NCBI GenBank assembly: GCA_964572485.1
Contig: CAZNGA010000005.1
Span: forward strand, 8,400 to 72,399
Source: an uncultured Chitinophagales bacterium
Lineage (GTDB): Bacteria; Bacteroidota; Bacteroidia; Chitinophagales; CAZNGA01
Direction: 5' to 3'
DNA length: 64,000 nucleotides
The notes under the pieces are model-generated. The model was not told the DNA's origin. It made no database searches and saw only the letters and a program-made list of their open reading frames with translations. The position numbers were made by a program, and so were the translations under genes. Shown piece after piece: positions 1-8,425 of the stretch; position 1 is the first letter of the stretch, and every line of letters begins with the position of its first letter.

Positions 1-302
1 AGCTCGTATGGATTTTTATTGAAATCATAGACCTCTGTTTTGTAGTAGATATATGTGCCTCCCAGTCCAACCGCATATTCATCAGTGACCCAATACCCTA
101 GCAATGGTGAAATGTCAATAAAAGTAGTACTACCAAACCACAATCCAAAGTTGCCACCGGTAAAGATCCTATCCTTTGAAAATCCCTTTTTAGATTCTTG
201 ATCACCCAACGATTGAGCTTGCAGGTTGCCTCCTAAAACAAATAGGAGAACAACTACCGATAAACTCAGAATCCGGGTACTCGCTTTTTGGGGGAATGTC
301 AT
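1..302 (-). CDS. Partial (runs off window edge) secreted outer-membrane beta-barrel-like protein
   Basis: Not in ORF track. Manual minus-strand translation from ATG at 302 stays open to base 1: MTFPQKASTRILSLSVVVLLFVLGGNLQAQ (signal peptide) then ...KDRIFTGGNFGLWFGSTTFIDISPLLGYWVTDEYAVGLGGTYIYY, an alternating beta-strand pattern typical of Bacteroidota OMPs. Confidence 0.75.
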   Translation of the reverse strand, partial: MTFPQKASTRILSLSVVVLLFVLGGNLQAQSLGDQESKKGFSKDRIFTGGNFGLWFGSTTFIDISPLLGYWVTDEYAVGLGGTYIYYKTEVYDFNKNPYE

Positions 303-356
303 TTTCAAGTATTTCTTATTATCTAACCCTCTAGTAGGCTCATTTATTATGTTGAG

Positions 357-1844
357 CTAATTAAACTTATAGCACGGTGTACCTTTCCCTTTTGGCATTC
401 CCTTAGCTTTCCCTTTGCGACCCTTTCCTTCCGTGAAAAAAATGCGTAATGAAGCATAGATGTCAAAACCTGTGAACTTATGCTTAAAGAATAAACTGCT
501 AAAATTATCAGAACCAACGGTTAAATAACCAAGTCGTGCGGCCAATCCAAACCGCGGACGGGTGTACTCGTATAACAACAATGGTAAAGCTAACTCTAGC
601 CATTTCATTTCAAAACGAGGGGTAACTGATATCAAATTCCCCCTGTCAATACCAGGCCCTCTCTTGGGGATTCTTTGTACCCATGTCATATTAATAAAGA
701 TATAATCCCGGACTCTATAATCACCTTGCACGCTGATGGCTGAAGGTAATCCCATCCTAAAACTATTACCCCCCTTCGAGGAGGTCATATCATTATAAAT
801 TTTTACACTTATAACAGAATCAGCTTGTGAGATATTTTTAAATTTTGCAGTATCAACTCTTATCCATGTCCTTTGAGAATTATTCAAATTAAAACTTGAA
901 GCATCTGACTTAATATTAATACTCCCAATATCCATTAATGATGCCCCTATCCTCCACTTGTATTTGTCAGGGTCATCAACCATCTGTTCATAAGCCCCTC
1001 CTATTGAGATCCCATAACCTTGGCCCTTATTAATGCTGCCATTATCAAGTGTAGATGGATCTGTATATCCATAATCAAGGTCAACATTATATATAGATGC
1101 ATCTAATCGTTCAAATAAGATGGGATCTTGCTCAGTGATCTCATATTCAAGAATCCCATTATTAAAATAAGCGCCAAGATGACCATTTATATACTTTATT
1201 GTTGCCCCTCCCTTAATAAGATAGTCTTGATTTCTGGTAAAGACAGTAGCATAGGTCAACCCATATTCACTCCAACTTAATATATTGATCCTGAACTTAG
1301 GGGCAGAGAACTTCTCGAAGTGCTGATTACGATAGGGTAATCCTTCAAATGCATATTTGGCAATACTATGATGAACACCCACAATGCTGATATTTGTACG
1401 AACAGCAGTATGCAATGCAAAGCTGTGATCTTTGATTCTTATCATAAAAGATGGGCCCATCGCATGAGTGTTGAAATAAACATTCTTTCTAACAGATGAG
1501 TTTGTATATCCATCTTTTAATACAAAATCAGACATCTTTCCATCCTCATTTATATTCTTATTAGTATAGGCAAGCAAATCTTCTTCATTTTCAAAACGAC
1601 TCTTCAAAGACATCAAACTGTTATTGGGAATGTATAAATAGTTGTTCTCCAGAAAAAGGTCCGCAGTGATCAAATTGAACTCAAATACGAAGGGGGAGTT
1701 AGCAATGGAACTTGAATTGATCATGATACCGGCAGTTCCGGCGAAATTACTATTCACAATTCCAAGCATCTCTTGAGAAAAACCCAGATGTGTGAAAGCA
1801 ATAAATGTGATAGCAGCAATTAATGCTTTCAGCATAATTTTCAA
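357..1844 (-). CDS. DUF5723-like outer membrane protein
   Basis: 495 aa, signal peptide; motifs SNFAG..G...NSSSIA and RMGLPSAISVQGDY; C-terminal RLGYLTVGSDN...GFDIYASLR resemble DUF5723 (family recall). Confidence 0.65.
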   Translation of the reverse strand: MKIMLKALIAAITFIAFTHLGFSQEMLGIVNSNFAGTAGIMINSSSIANSPFVFEFNLITADLFLENNYLYIPNNSLMSLKSRFENEEDLLAYTNKNINEDGKMSDFVLKDGYTNSSVRKNVYFNTHAMGPSFMIRIKDHSFALHTAVRTNISIVGVHHSIAKYAFEGLPYRNQHFEKFSAPKFRINILSWSEYGLTYATVFTRNQDYLIKGGATIKYINGHLGAYFNNGILEYEITEQDPILFERLDASIYNVDLDYGYTDPSTLDNGSINKGQGYGISIGGAYEQMVDDPDKYKWRIGASLMDIGSINIKSDASSFNLNNSQRTWIRVDTAKFKNISQADSVISVKIYNDMTSSKGGNSFRMGLPSAISVQGDYRVRDYIFINMTWVQRIPKRGPGIDRGNLISVTPRFEMKWLELALPLLLYEYTRPRFGLAARLGYLTVGSDNFSSLFFKHKFTGFDIYASLRIFFTEGKGRKGKAKGMPKGKGTPCYKFN

Positions 1845-1943
1845 ATATAAACTAATACATTCTAAAATGCTGAATAAAAATGGTAAAAGTTATATACATT
1901 ACGAAATGACGTTACCCCATACCAGATAGTCATGAAGAATAAC

Positions 1944-3347
1944 TCATTCAAATATTTTTCCCGGATTCATGATCCCATTTGGATCAAACAGATCTTTTAT
2001 GCCCTTCATCAATTTCAATTGATCCTTAGTAAAGGCAATTTTCAAAAATTTCCTCTGAACAAAACCTATACCATGCTCTCCTGAAATGGTACCACCAAGT
2101 TGAACACACAACTGAAAAATTTCTTTTATACCCGGTTGAAGCTTCTCATTCCAATCAATATCACTCATATCACCTTTGACTATATTTACATGCAAATTCC
2201 CATCCCCTGCATGACCATAGCAAACTGACCTAAATCCATACCGCGTTCCGATCTCTTTTACCCCCTCCAGCAATTTAGGTAGTTCTGCCCTTGGTACAAC
2301 CGTATCCTCTTCTTTGTATAAGGAATATGCCTTTACAGCCTCTCCAACTATACTTCTTAACTTCATAAGATCATCTTTTTGCTTTGCAGAATCAGCCAGC
2401 AATATATCACCACAATCATATCCCTCTAAGACAGTAGTGATCGTTTCACAATCTTGCATCAATTGATCCATTTGATTCCCATCCACTTCAATTAATAAAT
2501 GAGCTCCAATATTGTCAGCGATACTGATACTTACAGTGGAATCATAATTCAATGCCAGGTCAATGGCATCACGCTCCATAAACTCTAACCCTGAAGGAGT
2601 AACCCCCTCCTTGAAGATTGCAGATACAGCCGAACAAGCATCAATTGATGAATTGAATGGAACCAGCATCAATAAACTATGCTTTGGATAAGGGATCAAA
2701 CGTAAAACAATTTTCGTAACAATACCTAAAGTGCCTTCACTCCCAACCATCAATTGCGTTAAATTATAACCTGTTGCGTTCTTTAGAACATTAGCTCCAG
2801 TCCAGATGACCTCACCTGTCGGCAATACCACCTCCAAATTGAGCACATAATCTTTCACCACACCATATTTCACTGCTTTTGGGCCACCGGAGTTCTCTGC
2901 AATGTTTCCACCAATAAAACAAGATCCTTTGCTCGCCGGATCAGGAGGATAGAAAAACCCTTTCTCAATTATCTCCTCCTGAAGCACCTGGGTAATGACC
3001 CCGGGCTCAACAATTACCTGATGATTTTGCTCATCGATATTTAGTATCTTATTCAATCGTTCAACACTTAGCAATACGCCTTTATGTACAGGTAGAGCAC
3101 CACCGCTTAAACCTGTACCACCGCCTCTTGGTGTAACGGGTATTTTGAGTTCATTGCAGAGCTTTAGGATTTGGCTGATCTCCTTAGTTGATCCGGGTAG
3201 AAGAACAATGTCAGGAATATAGGAGAGGTCCTCTGTTTCATCACGAGAATATTTCTCAAGTACCTCCCGGTCAACGGATAAATACTTATCCCCAACAATT
3301 TGTCTCAGTCTCTCAACGATTCCAAAAGTTATAGGTCCTAAACTCAT
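1944..3347 (-). CDS. FAD-linked oxidase, GlcD/D-lactate dehydrogenase family
   Basis: PRGGGTGLSGG FAD motif, PPDPAS, GSEGTLGIVT, GHAGDGNLH, ISGEHGIG, DPNGIMNPGK. Confidence 0.9.
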   Translation of the reverse strand: MSLGPITFGIVERLRQIVGDKYLSVDREVLEKYSRDETEDLSYIPDIVLLPGSTKEISQILKLCNELKIPVTPRGGGTGLSGGALPVHKGVLLSVERLNKILNIDEQNHQVIVEPGVITQVLQEEIIEKGFFYPPDPASKGSCFIGGNIAENSGGPKAVKYGVVKDYVLNLEVVLPTGEVIWTGANVLKNATGYNLTQLMVGSEGTLGIVTKIVLRLIPYPKHSLLMLVPFNSSIDACSAVSAIFKEGVTPSGLEFMERDAIDLALNYDSTVSISIADNIGAHLLIEVDGNQMDQLMQDCETITTVLEGYDCGDILLADSAKQKDDLMKLRSIVGEAVKAYSLYKEEDTVVPRAELPKLLEGVKEIGTRYGFRSVCYGHAGDGNLHVNIVKGDMSDIDWNEKLQPGIKEIFQLCVQLGGTISGEHGIGFVQRKFLKIAFTKDQLKLMKGIKDLFDPNGIMNPGKIFE

Positions 3348-3431
3348 ATTTTCTCCTTGGTTTTCATTTCCTTTGTAGGAACATTAAATATAGATATTTT
3401 CACAATAATGCTTAAAAATAGGTATGGTATC

Positions 3432-5660
3432 ATGAAAAACAAGATGAAAATTATTATCCCTCTCATTATTTATATGGTCTATTTGGGCACGGTCAATAAT
3501 ATTGTATATGCTCAAAGCTCAGAAACTACAATTACCCTGGATGATATATTCAACAAACGTAAATTTTCTGCCAAATATGTTTGGGGATTCAGATCATTGA
3601 AAGATGGCCTGCATTACTGCAAATTGCAAAGAAATAAGAATTCTGCTGCCACCGATATCCTTGAATATGAGATCGTTAGCGGAACACCTTCAGATACTAT
3701 ATTTAAAGGCGAATGGTTGAAACCTGTAACAGAAGAAGCTGATCCTAAAGTTATTCCCTTTGGGAATTATGCTTTCTGCGATGATGAATCGAAGATCCTT
3801 CTTTCCACAGCTTCTGAGACCATCTACCGTTATTCGACCAAGGAGTCCAACTATATTTGGGATAGGAAACAACAAAAGTTATCTCCCCTTTCAGAAGGAG
3901 GAAAACAGCGTTATGCTAAATTTTCACCTGACGGATCTATGGTAGCTTTTGTTAGAGATAATAATATCTTCATCAAAGATCTGGACAAGAACACAGAAAC
4001 TCAGGTAACTGCTGATGGAAAAAACAATGAAATTATAAATGGGGCTACAGATTGGGTATATGAAGAGGAATTTGGATTTACCAGGGCATTTTTCTGGGCG
4101 CCGGATGGCAGTAAGATCGCTTTTTATAGATTTGACGAAAGTAGGGTTAAGGAATATACTATGCCCAATTATGGAACTTTATACCCTGAAAACAATACAT
4201 TTAAATATCCAAAGGCCGGGGAAGAGAATGCCATAATCACTATTCATGTGTTTGACCTCAAACAAAATAAAACATCGACCATTGATATCGGAGCTGAAAA
4301 GGATCAATACATCCCTCGCATAAAGTGGACTCAAGATCCCTCAATGCTAGCAATTCAACGGATGAATCGGCACCAGAATCACCTGGAACTACTTTTCGCA
4401 GATATTTCAAATAATTCAACAAAGGTCATATTGACAGAAGAAAACAAAGCATACATAGACATAACCAATGATCTTACTTTCCTGAAAGACAACCAGCATT
4501 TCATATGGACGAGTGAAAAGAGCGGATATAATCATATCTATTTGTATTCGTTAGATGGGAAACTTGCCAATCAGATCACTCAAGGAGAATGGGAGGTGTC
4601 TTCCCTTTATGGAGTTGATGAAATAAAAGGTCTTGTCTTTTATCAGGCGTATGACAAATCCCCACTTGAGAAATATGTTTACAGTATTACCCTAGATGGA
4701 AAGAAGAAAACTCAATTGATGAAAAAAAAGGGGTACAATAGTGCAAAATTCATAGTTGATCACTCTAAATTCTTAGGTTATTTTTCAAATGTCACCACCC
4801 CTACTGAAGTTGCTTTATATACTTCCGATGGTGACAAACTGCGCATTTTGGAAGACAATGAGTCCTTAAAAGAAGTATTGGGAAAATATCCATTGACGAA
4901 AAAGGAATTCTTTGATTTTAAGACTTCTGAAGGTGTCCAATTAAATGGGTGGATGGTCAAACCCCACAATTTTGATCCTAAACAAAAATACCCTGTATTG
5001 ATGTACGTATATGGAGGTCCTGGCAGTCAGACGGTCACCAATCGTTTCGACAGCAGGGGTTATATGTGGTATCAACATCTGGCCCAAAAGGGATATATTA
5101 TTGTTTCGGTAGACAACCGTGGAACGGGAGGCAGAGGAGAAGACTTTAAAAAAATGACATACCTCAAACTAGGCCAATATGAAACCACAGATCAAATTGA
5201 AGCAGCAAAATATCTTTCCTCTCTTAAATATGTAGATCCGGAGAGAATAGGCATCTGGGGATGGAGTTATGGTGGGTACACCTCTGCCCTATGCATCACT
5301 AAGGGAGCAGATGTGTTTAAGATGGCTATAGCAGTAGCACCAGTCAGCCATTGGAAATTCTATGACACTATTTATACGGAAAGGTTCATGCGTACTCCGA
5401 AGGAAAATCCAGAAGGTTATGAAGCAGGTTCTCCATTGAACTTCACAGATAAGTTAAGAGGTAATTTTCTCATAATTCATGGCACGGCAGATGATAATGT
5501 GCATTTTCAAAATAGCGCTGAATTGATTGGTGCATTGGTGAAGTCAAATAAGCAGTTTGATATGGCCATTTATCCTGATAAGAATCACAGTATTTATGGA
5601 GGGGTTACCCGTTGGCAGTTGTATACCAAACTCACTAATTACATCCTGGAGAATTTATGA
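3432..5660 (+). CDS. dpp4: Dipeptidyl peptidase IV (S9B)
   Basis: DWVYEEE, GWSYGG nucleophile, HGTADDNVH (Asp), DKNHSI (His), signal peptide. ATG 3432 preferred over the track start at 3357. Confidence 0.93.
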   Translation: MKNKMKIIIPLIIYMVYLGTVNNIVYAQSSETTITLDDIFNKRKFSAKYVWGFRSLKDGLHYCKLQRNKNSAATDILEYEIVSGTPSDTIFKGEWLKPVTEEADPKVIPFGNYAFCDDESKILLSTASETIYRYSTKESNYIWDRKQQKLSPLSEGGKQRYAKFSPDGSMVAFVRDNNIFIKDLDKNTETQVTADGKNNEIINGATDWVYEEEFGFTRAFFWAPDGSKIAFYRFDESRVKEYTMPNYGTLYPENNTFKYPKAGEENAIITIHVFDLKQNKTSTIDIGAEKDQYIPRIKWTQDPSMLAIQRMNRHQNHLELLFADISNNSTKVILTEENKAYIDITNDLTFLKDNQHFIWTSEKSGYNHIYLYSLDGKLANQITQGEWEVSSLYGVDEIKGLVFYQAYDKSPLEKYVYSITLDGKKKTQLMKKKGYNSAKFIVDHSKFLGYFSNVTTPTEVALYTSDGDKLRILEDNESLKEVLGKYPLTKKEFFDFKTSEGVQLNGWMVKPHNFDPKQKYPVLMYVYGGPGSQTVTNRFDSRGYMWYQHLAQKGYIIVSVDNRGTGGRGEDFKKMTYLKLGQYETTDQIEAAKYLSSLKYVDPERIGIWGWSYGGYTSALCITKGADVFKMAIAVAPVSHWKFYDTIYTERFMRTPKENPEGYEAGSPLNFTDKLRGNFLIIHGTADDNVHFQNSAELIGALVKSNKQFDMAIYPDKNHSIYGGVTRWQLYTKLTNYILENL

Positions 5661-5708
5661 GCCTCATTTATAAGCTAGACTAGTTTTGAAACTCCAATAG
5701 AGTTTTAT

Positions 5709-5716
5709 TACCTTTG
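5709..5716 (+). promoter_or_regulatory. Bacteroidota -7 promoter box (TACCTTTG)
   Basis: Exact TAnnTTTG match 83 bp upstream of the POT transporter start. Confidence 0.55.
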
Positions 5717-5798
5717 CCAAACTAATTTAATAGATAGGCTATAGTAAGCACTCTAAAGAAGTTATTAAACAAAAATGTAATATTAACCCAAATTAATT

Positions 5799-7289
5799 AT
5801 GTCAGAAATTACAAAAACCGGCCATCCAAAAGGACTTTACACATTGTTTGCAACCGAAATGTGGGAAAGATTCAGTTACTACGGCATGCGTGCCCTTTTA
5901 ACTCTTTATCTAACCGCAAAATTGGTAAATGGAGGATTTGGCTTAGATCGCCAGGCTGCCCTTGAACTTTATGCTGTTTTTACAGGATTGGTATATCTTA
6001 CTCCTATTCTTGGAGGATGGGTTGCAGATAATTTTTTAGGAAAACGGAAAACTGTATTAATTGGTGGGATCGTAATGGCCATTGGCCAATTCCTCTTAGC
6101 AGCAAGTGCTTTTATGATCAATTCGCTTGATACTGAATCACGTTTATTTCTCTTCAATTTTGGGTTGGGTGTACTGATTATTGGAAATGGGTTCTTTAAA
6201 CCAAATATTTCAACAATAGTAGGTGATTTCTATGAGGATAATGATCCGAGAAAAGATTCTGCCTTCAATATTTTCTATATGGGAATCAACCTTGGCGCCA
6301 TTCTTGGGCCATTTATTGCAGGTTCCTTAGGAGAGAATGTTCACTGGGGATGGGGTTATTTTACTGCAGGCGTTGGTTTGATTTTAAGTGTTTTATGGCT
6401 CGCTGCCCGGGAAAAGACATTAGAACAACATGGGTTACCCCCTAAATCTTCCTCTGATAAATTTCTTTTAGATAAGAAAGACTGGATAGATATCATTCTT
6501 TACTCTATCGGTTTGGTTGTGGCAACTTATGGTGTCATCTACATTTGGGGGATGATACCAGACAGTATCACCAGTATCATTGTAACGATTGGATTTATTG
6601 CACTTCTCGCAGGTATGGCGGTTGTCATTGTCAGAGGCACTAAAAGTGCCGATGAGTGGAGTAGAATGATCGTAATTTTAGTACTTGCCTTCTTCAATAT
6701 TGTATTTTGGGCCGGTTTTGAACAAGCCGGTGGTACAATGAATCTATTCGCTTCTGAAAATACGAACCGAATGATTGGCTCTTGGGAAATTCCGGCTACA
6801 TGGTTTCAAAATATTAACCCAATGGCTATTTTGATTTTCGCTCCACTATTTTCAATACTGTGGTTAAAATTGGATGCCATTAAGTTCAATCCCCGCACTC
6901 CGATAAAATTTGCTTTAGGAATGTTCTTGGGTGCCCTTGCTTTTTGGATAATGACACTTGCAAATAATAATGCGCAAGGTGGTAATTTAGTTTCACCATT
7001 GTGGTTGGTAGCAGTTTACTTGTTTCTTACTTTAGGTGAATTGATGCTTTCTCCTATTGGATTATCCATGATCACCAAGTTGGCACCTGCTAAACTCGGC
7101 TCTTTTGTGATGGGTTTGTGGATGGCGAGTTTTGCCGCTGGAAATTATTTTGCGGGTGTTATGGAAGGTATTTTGCATAAATATGATCTTGAATTGTATC
7201 CCTTTATCACGATAATTATGTTAGGTACGGGAGTTGCCATCTTACTATTGTCCCCTTTACTTAACAGAGCGATGAAAGGTATCCATTAA
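5799..7289 (+). CDS. Proton-dependent oligopeptide transporter (POT/PTR, MFS)
   Basis: EMWERFSYYGMR (ExxERFxYY), GNGFFKPNIST, FYMGINLGA, FWAGFEQAGG, GELMLSPIGLS; many TM segments. Confidence 0.95.
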   Translation: MSEITKTGHPKGLYTLFATEMWERFSYYGMRALLTLYLTAKLVNGGFGLDRQAALELYAVFTGLVYLTPILGGWVADNFLGKRKTVLIGGIVMAIGQFLLAASAFMINSLDTESRLFLFNFGLGVLIIGNGFFKPNISTIVGDFYEDNDPRKDSAFNIFYMGINLGAILGPFIAGSLGENVHWGWGYFTAGVGLILSVLWLAAREKTLEQHGLPPKSSSDKFLLDKKDWIDIILYSIGLVVATYGVIYIWGMIPDSITSIIVTIGFIALLAGMAVVIVRGTKSADEWSRMIVILVLAFFNIVFWAGFEQAGGTMNLFASENTNRMIGSWEIPATWFQNINPMAILIFAPLFSILWLKLDAIKFNPRTPIKFALGMFLGALAFWIMTLANNNAQGGNLVSPLWLVAVYLFLTLGELMLSPIGLSMITKLAPAKLGSFVMGLWMASFAAGNYFAGVMEGILHKYDLELYPFITIIMLGTGVAILLLSPLLNRAMKGIH

Positions 7290-7373
7290 CCCTATGATCA
7301 TGTGAGTATATCTTGGGTCGAGTTTTTGCATTATTGAAAAAGAACCATTTTTATAATCAAGATTAGTATTTCT

Positions 7374-8066
7374 ATGAATTGCAAAACAATTATCCTGATC
7401 TCATTACCATTTCTGCTTTTCCAAAGTTGTAGTAATAATCCTGAAAGTTTTAATGTACAAGCCGTTGAAGCCAAAGAAGTTGTTCAGGCCGTTGAAACTA
7501 TGGAGGTCTATACTATTGATGCTGAAAAAAGTATTATCAAATGGGTAGGCACAAAAGTAATTGGCCAGCATAAAGGCATATTAAGATTGAATGAAGGAAA
7601 ACTCTCTGTTCAAAATGATCAAATTGAATCTGGAAATGTGATCATTGATATGCGTTCACTTAAAGTGACAGACATGAAAGAAAAGAGAGGTGTGAAGCTA
7701 ACCTCCCATCTTATGGATGACGATTTCTTTAATGTCGAAAAGTATCAAACAACAACTGTTGAGATACTTAAAGTTGTCCCAATCACTGCAAATACTTCCG
7801 AAGTGGATCCTGAAAAGCATGACGCTACCAACCAAAACCCCGCTACTCATGAAATAAGTGCGAACCTGACAATGATGGATTCTACAAAAATGATCACTTT
7901 CCCTGCTTTCATTGAATTACGCGATAATGAGATTGTGACCACTGCAAATTTCAATATCGATAGAACTCAATGGGGACTTCATTACAAGGCGGCTTCTTCA
8001 TTTGGTGATAAGAGGATCTATCCCATGGTGAATATTGAAATAGAGATATTCGCAGTCAAAGAGTAA
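7374..8066 (+). CDS. YceI-family lipid/polyisoprenoid-binding lipoprotein
   Basis: Lipobox-like FQSC; SIIKWVGTKVIGQHKG, LTSHLMDDDFFNVEKY, FNIDRTQWGLHY. Confidence 0.85.
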   Translation: MNCKTIILISLPFLLFQSCSNNPESFNVQAVEAKEVVQAVETMEVYTIDAEKSIIKWVGTKVIGQHKGILRLNEGKLSVQNDQIESGNVIIDMRSLKVTDMKEKRGVKLTSHLMDDDFFNVEKYQTTTVEILKVVPITANTSEVDPEKHDATNQNPATHEISANLTMMDSTKMITFPAFIELRDNEIVTTANFNIDRTQWGLHYKAASSFGDKRIYPMVNIEIEIFAVKE

Positions 8067-8125
8067 TTGTCCCCCAACTTTTTTCTCCTCGATCAAACAC
8101 TCACCCACATTCACACCTAACTTAG

Positions 8126-8217
8126 GTGTAACTTTTTAGCGAAAACTGTTTCTTTTTATTCGTTCAAAAAATCGTAATTTGTTGTGGGGGGATGTCCCGC
8201 TCCCCCAAGGGGAAAAA
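8126..8217 (+). repeat. 92-bp dispersed intergenic element, copy 1 (copy 2 at 30155-30246)
   Basis: Ungapped alignment with 30155-30246, 81/92 identical by manual count. 44-bp identical core GTAATTTGTTGTGGGGGGATGTCCCGCTCCCCCAAGGGGAAAAA at 8174-8217. Confidence 0.9.
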
Positions 8218-8425
8218 TAATAATTATTTGGCAACAGCCTTTCCTTTCTTCTCCTTTCCTCTTCTTTTTGACTTCCTTACTCATACACCCTCCTTGTCCT
8301 GTCCCTCAATTAGGAAATAATCAGCTCATATAATATTAGTCCTTTCTTGTGGCCAAAAATATATAGGGTCCAACGTAACTTCCACTAAAATATATCGTAA
8401 TTTGTTGAAAATAATTCCTGAAAGA

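Noticed and set aside
4721-4728. A8 runs in dpp4, the ABC permease (about 36132) and the dnaX end (about 40423) as slippage sites
   Set aside because: Shorter runs, common in AT-rich Lys-rich genes, and not at a meaningful domain boundary.
8126-8217. The 92-bp element as a CRISPR repeat or IS end
   Set aside because: Only two copies 22 kb apart, with no spacers, cas genes, transposase or terminal inverted repeats.
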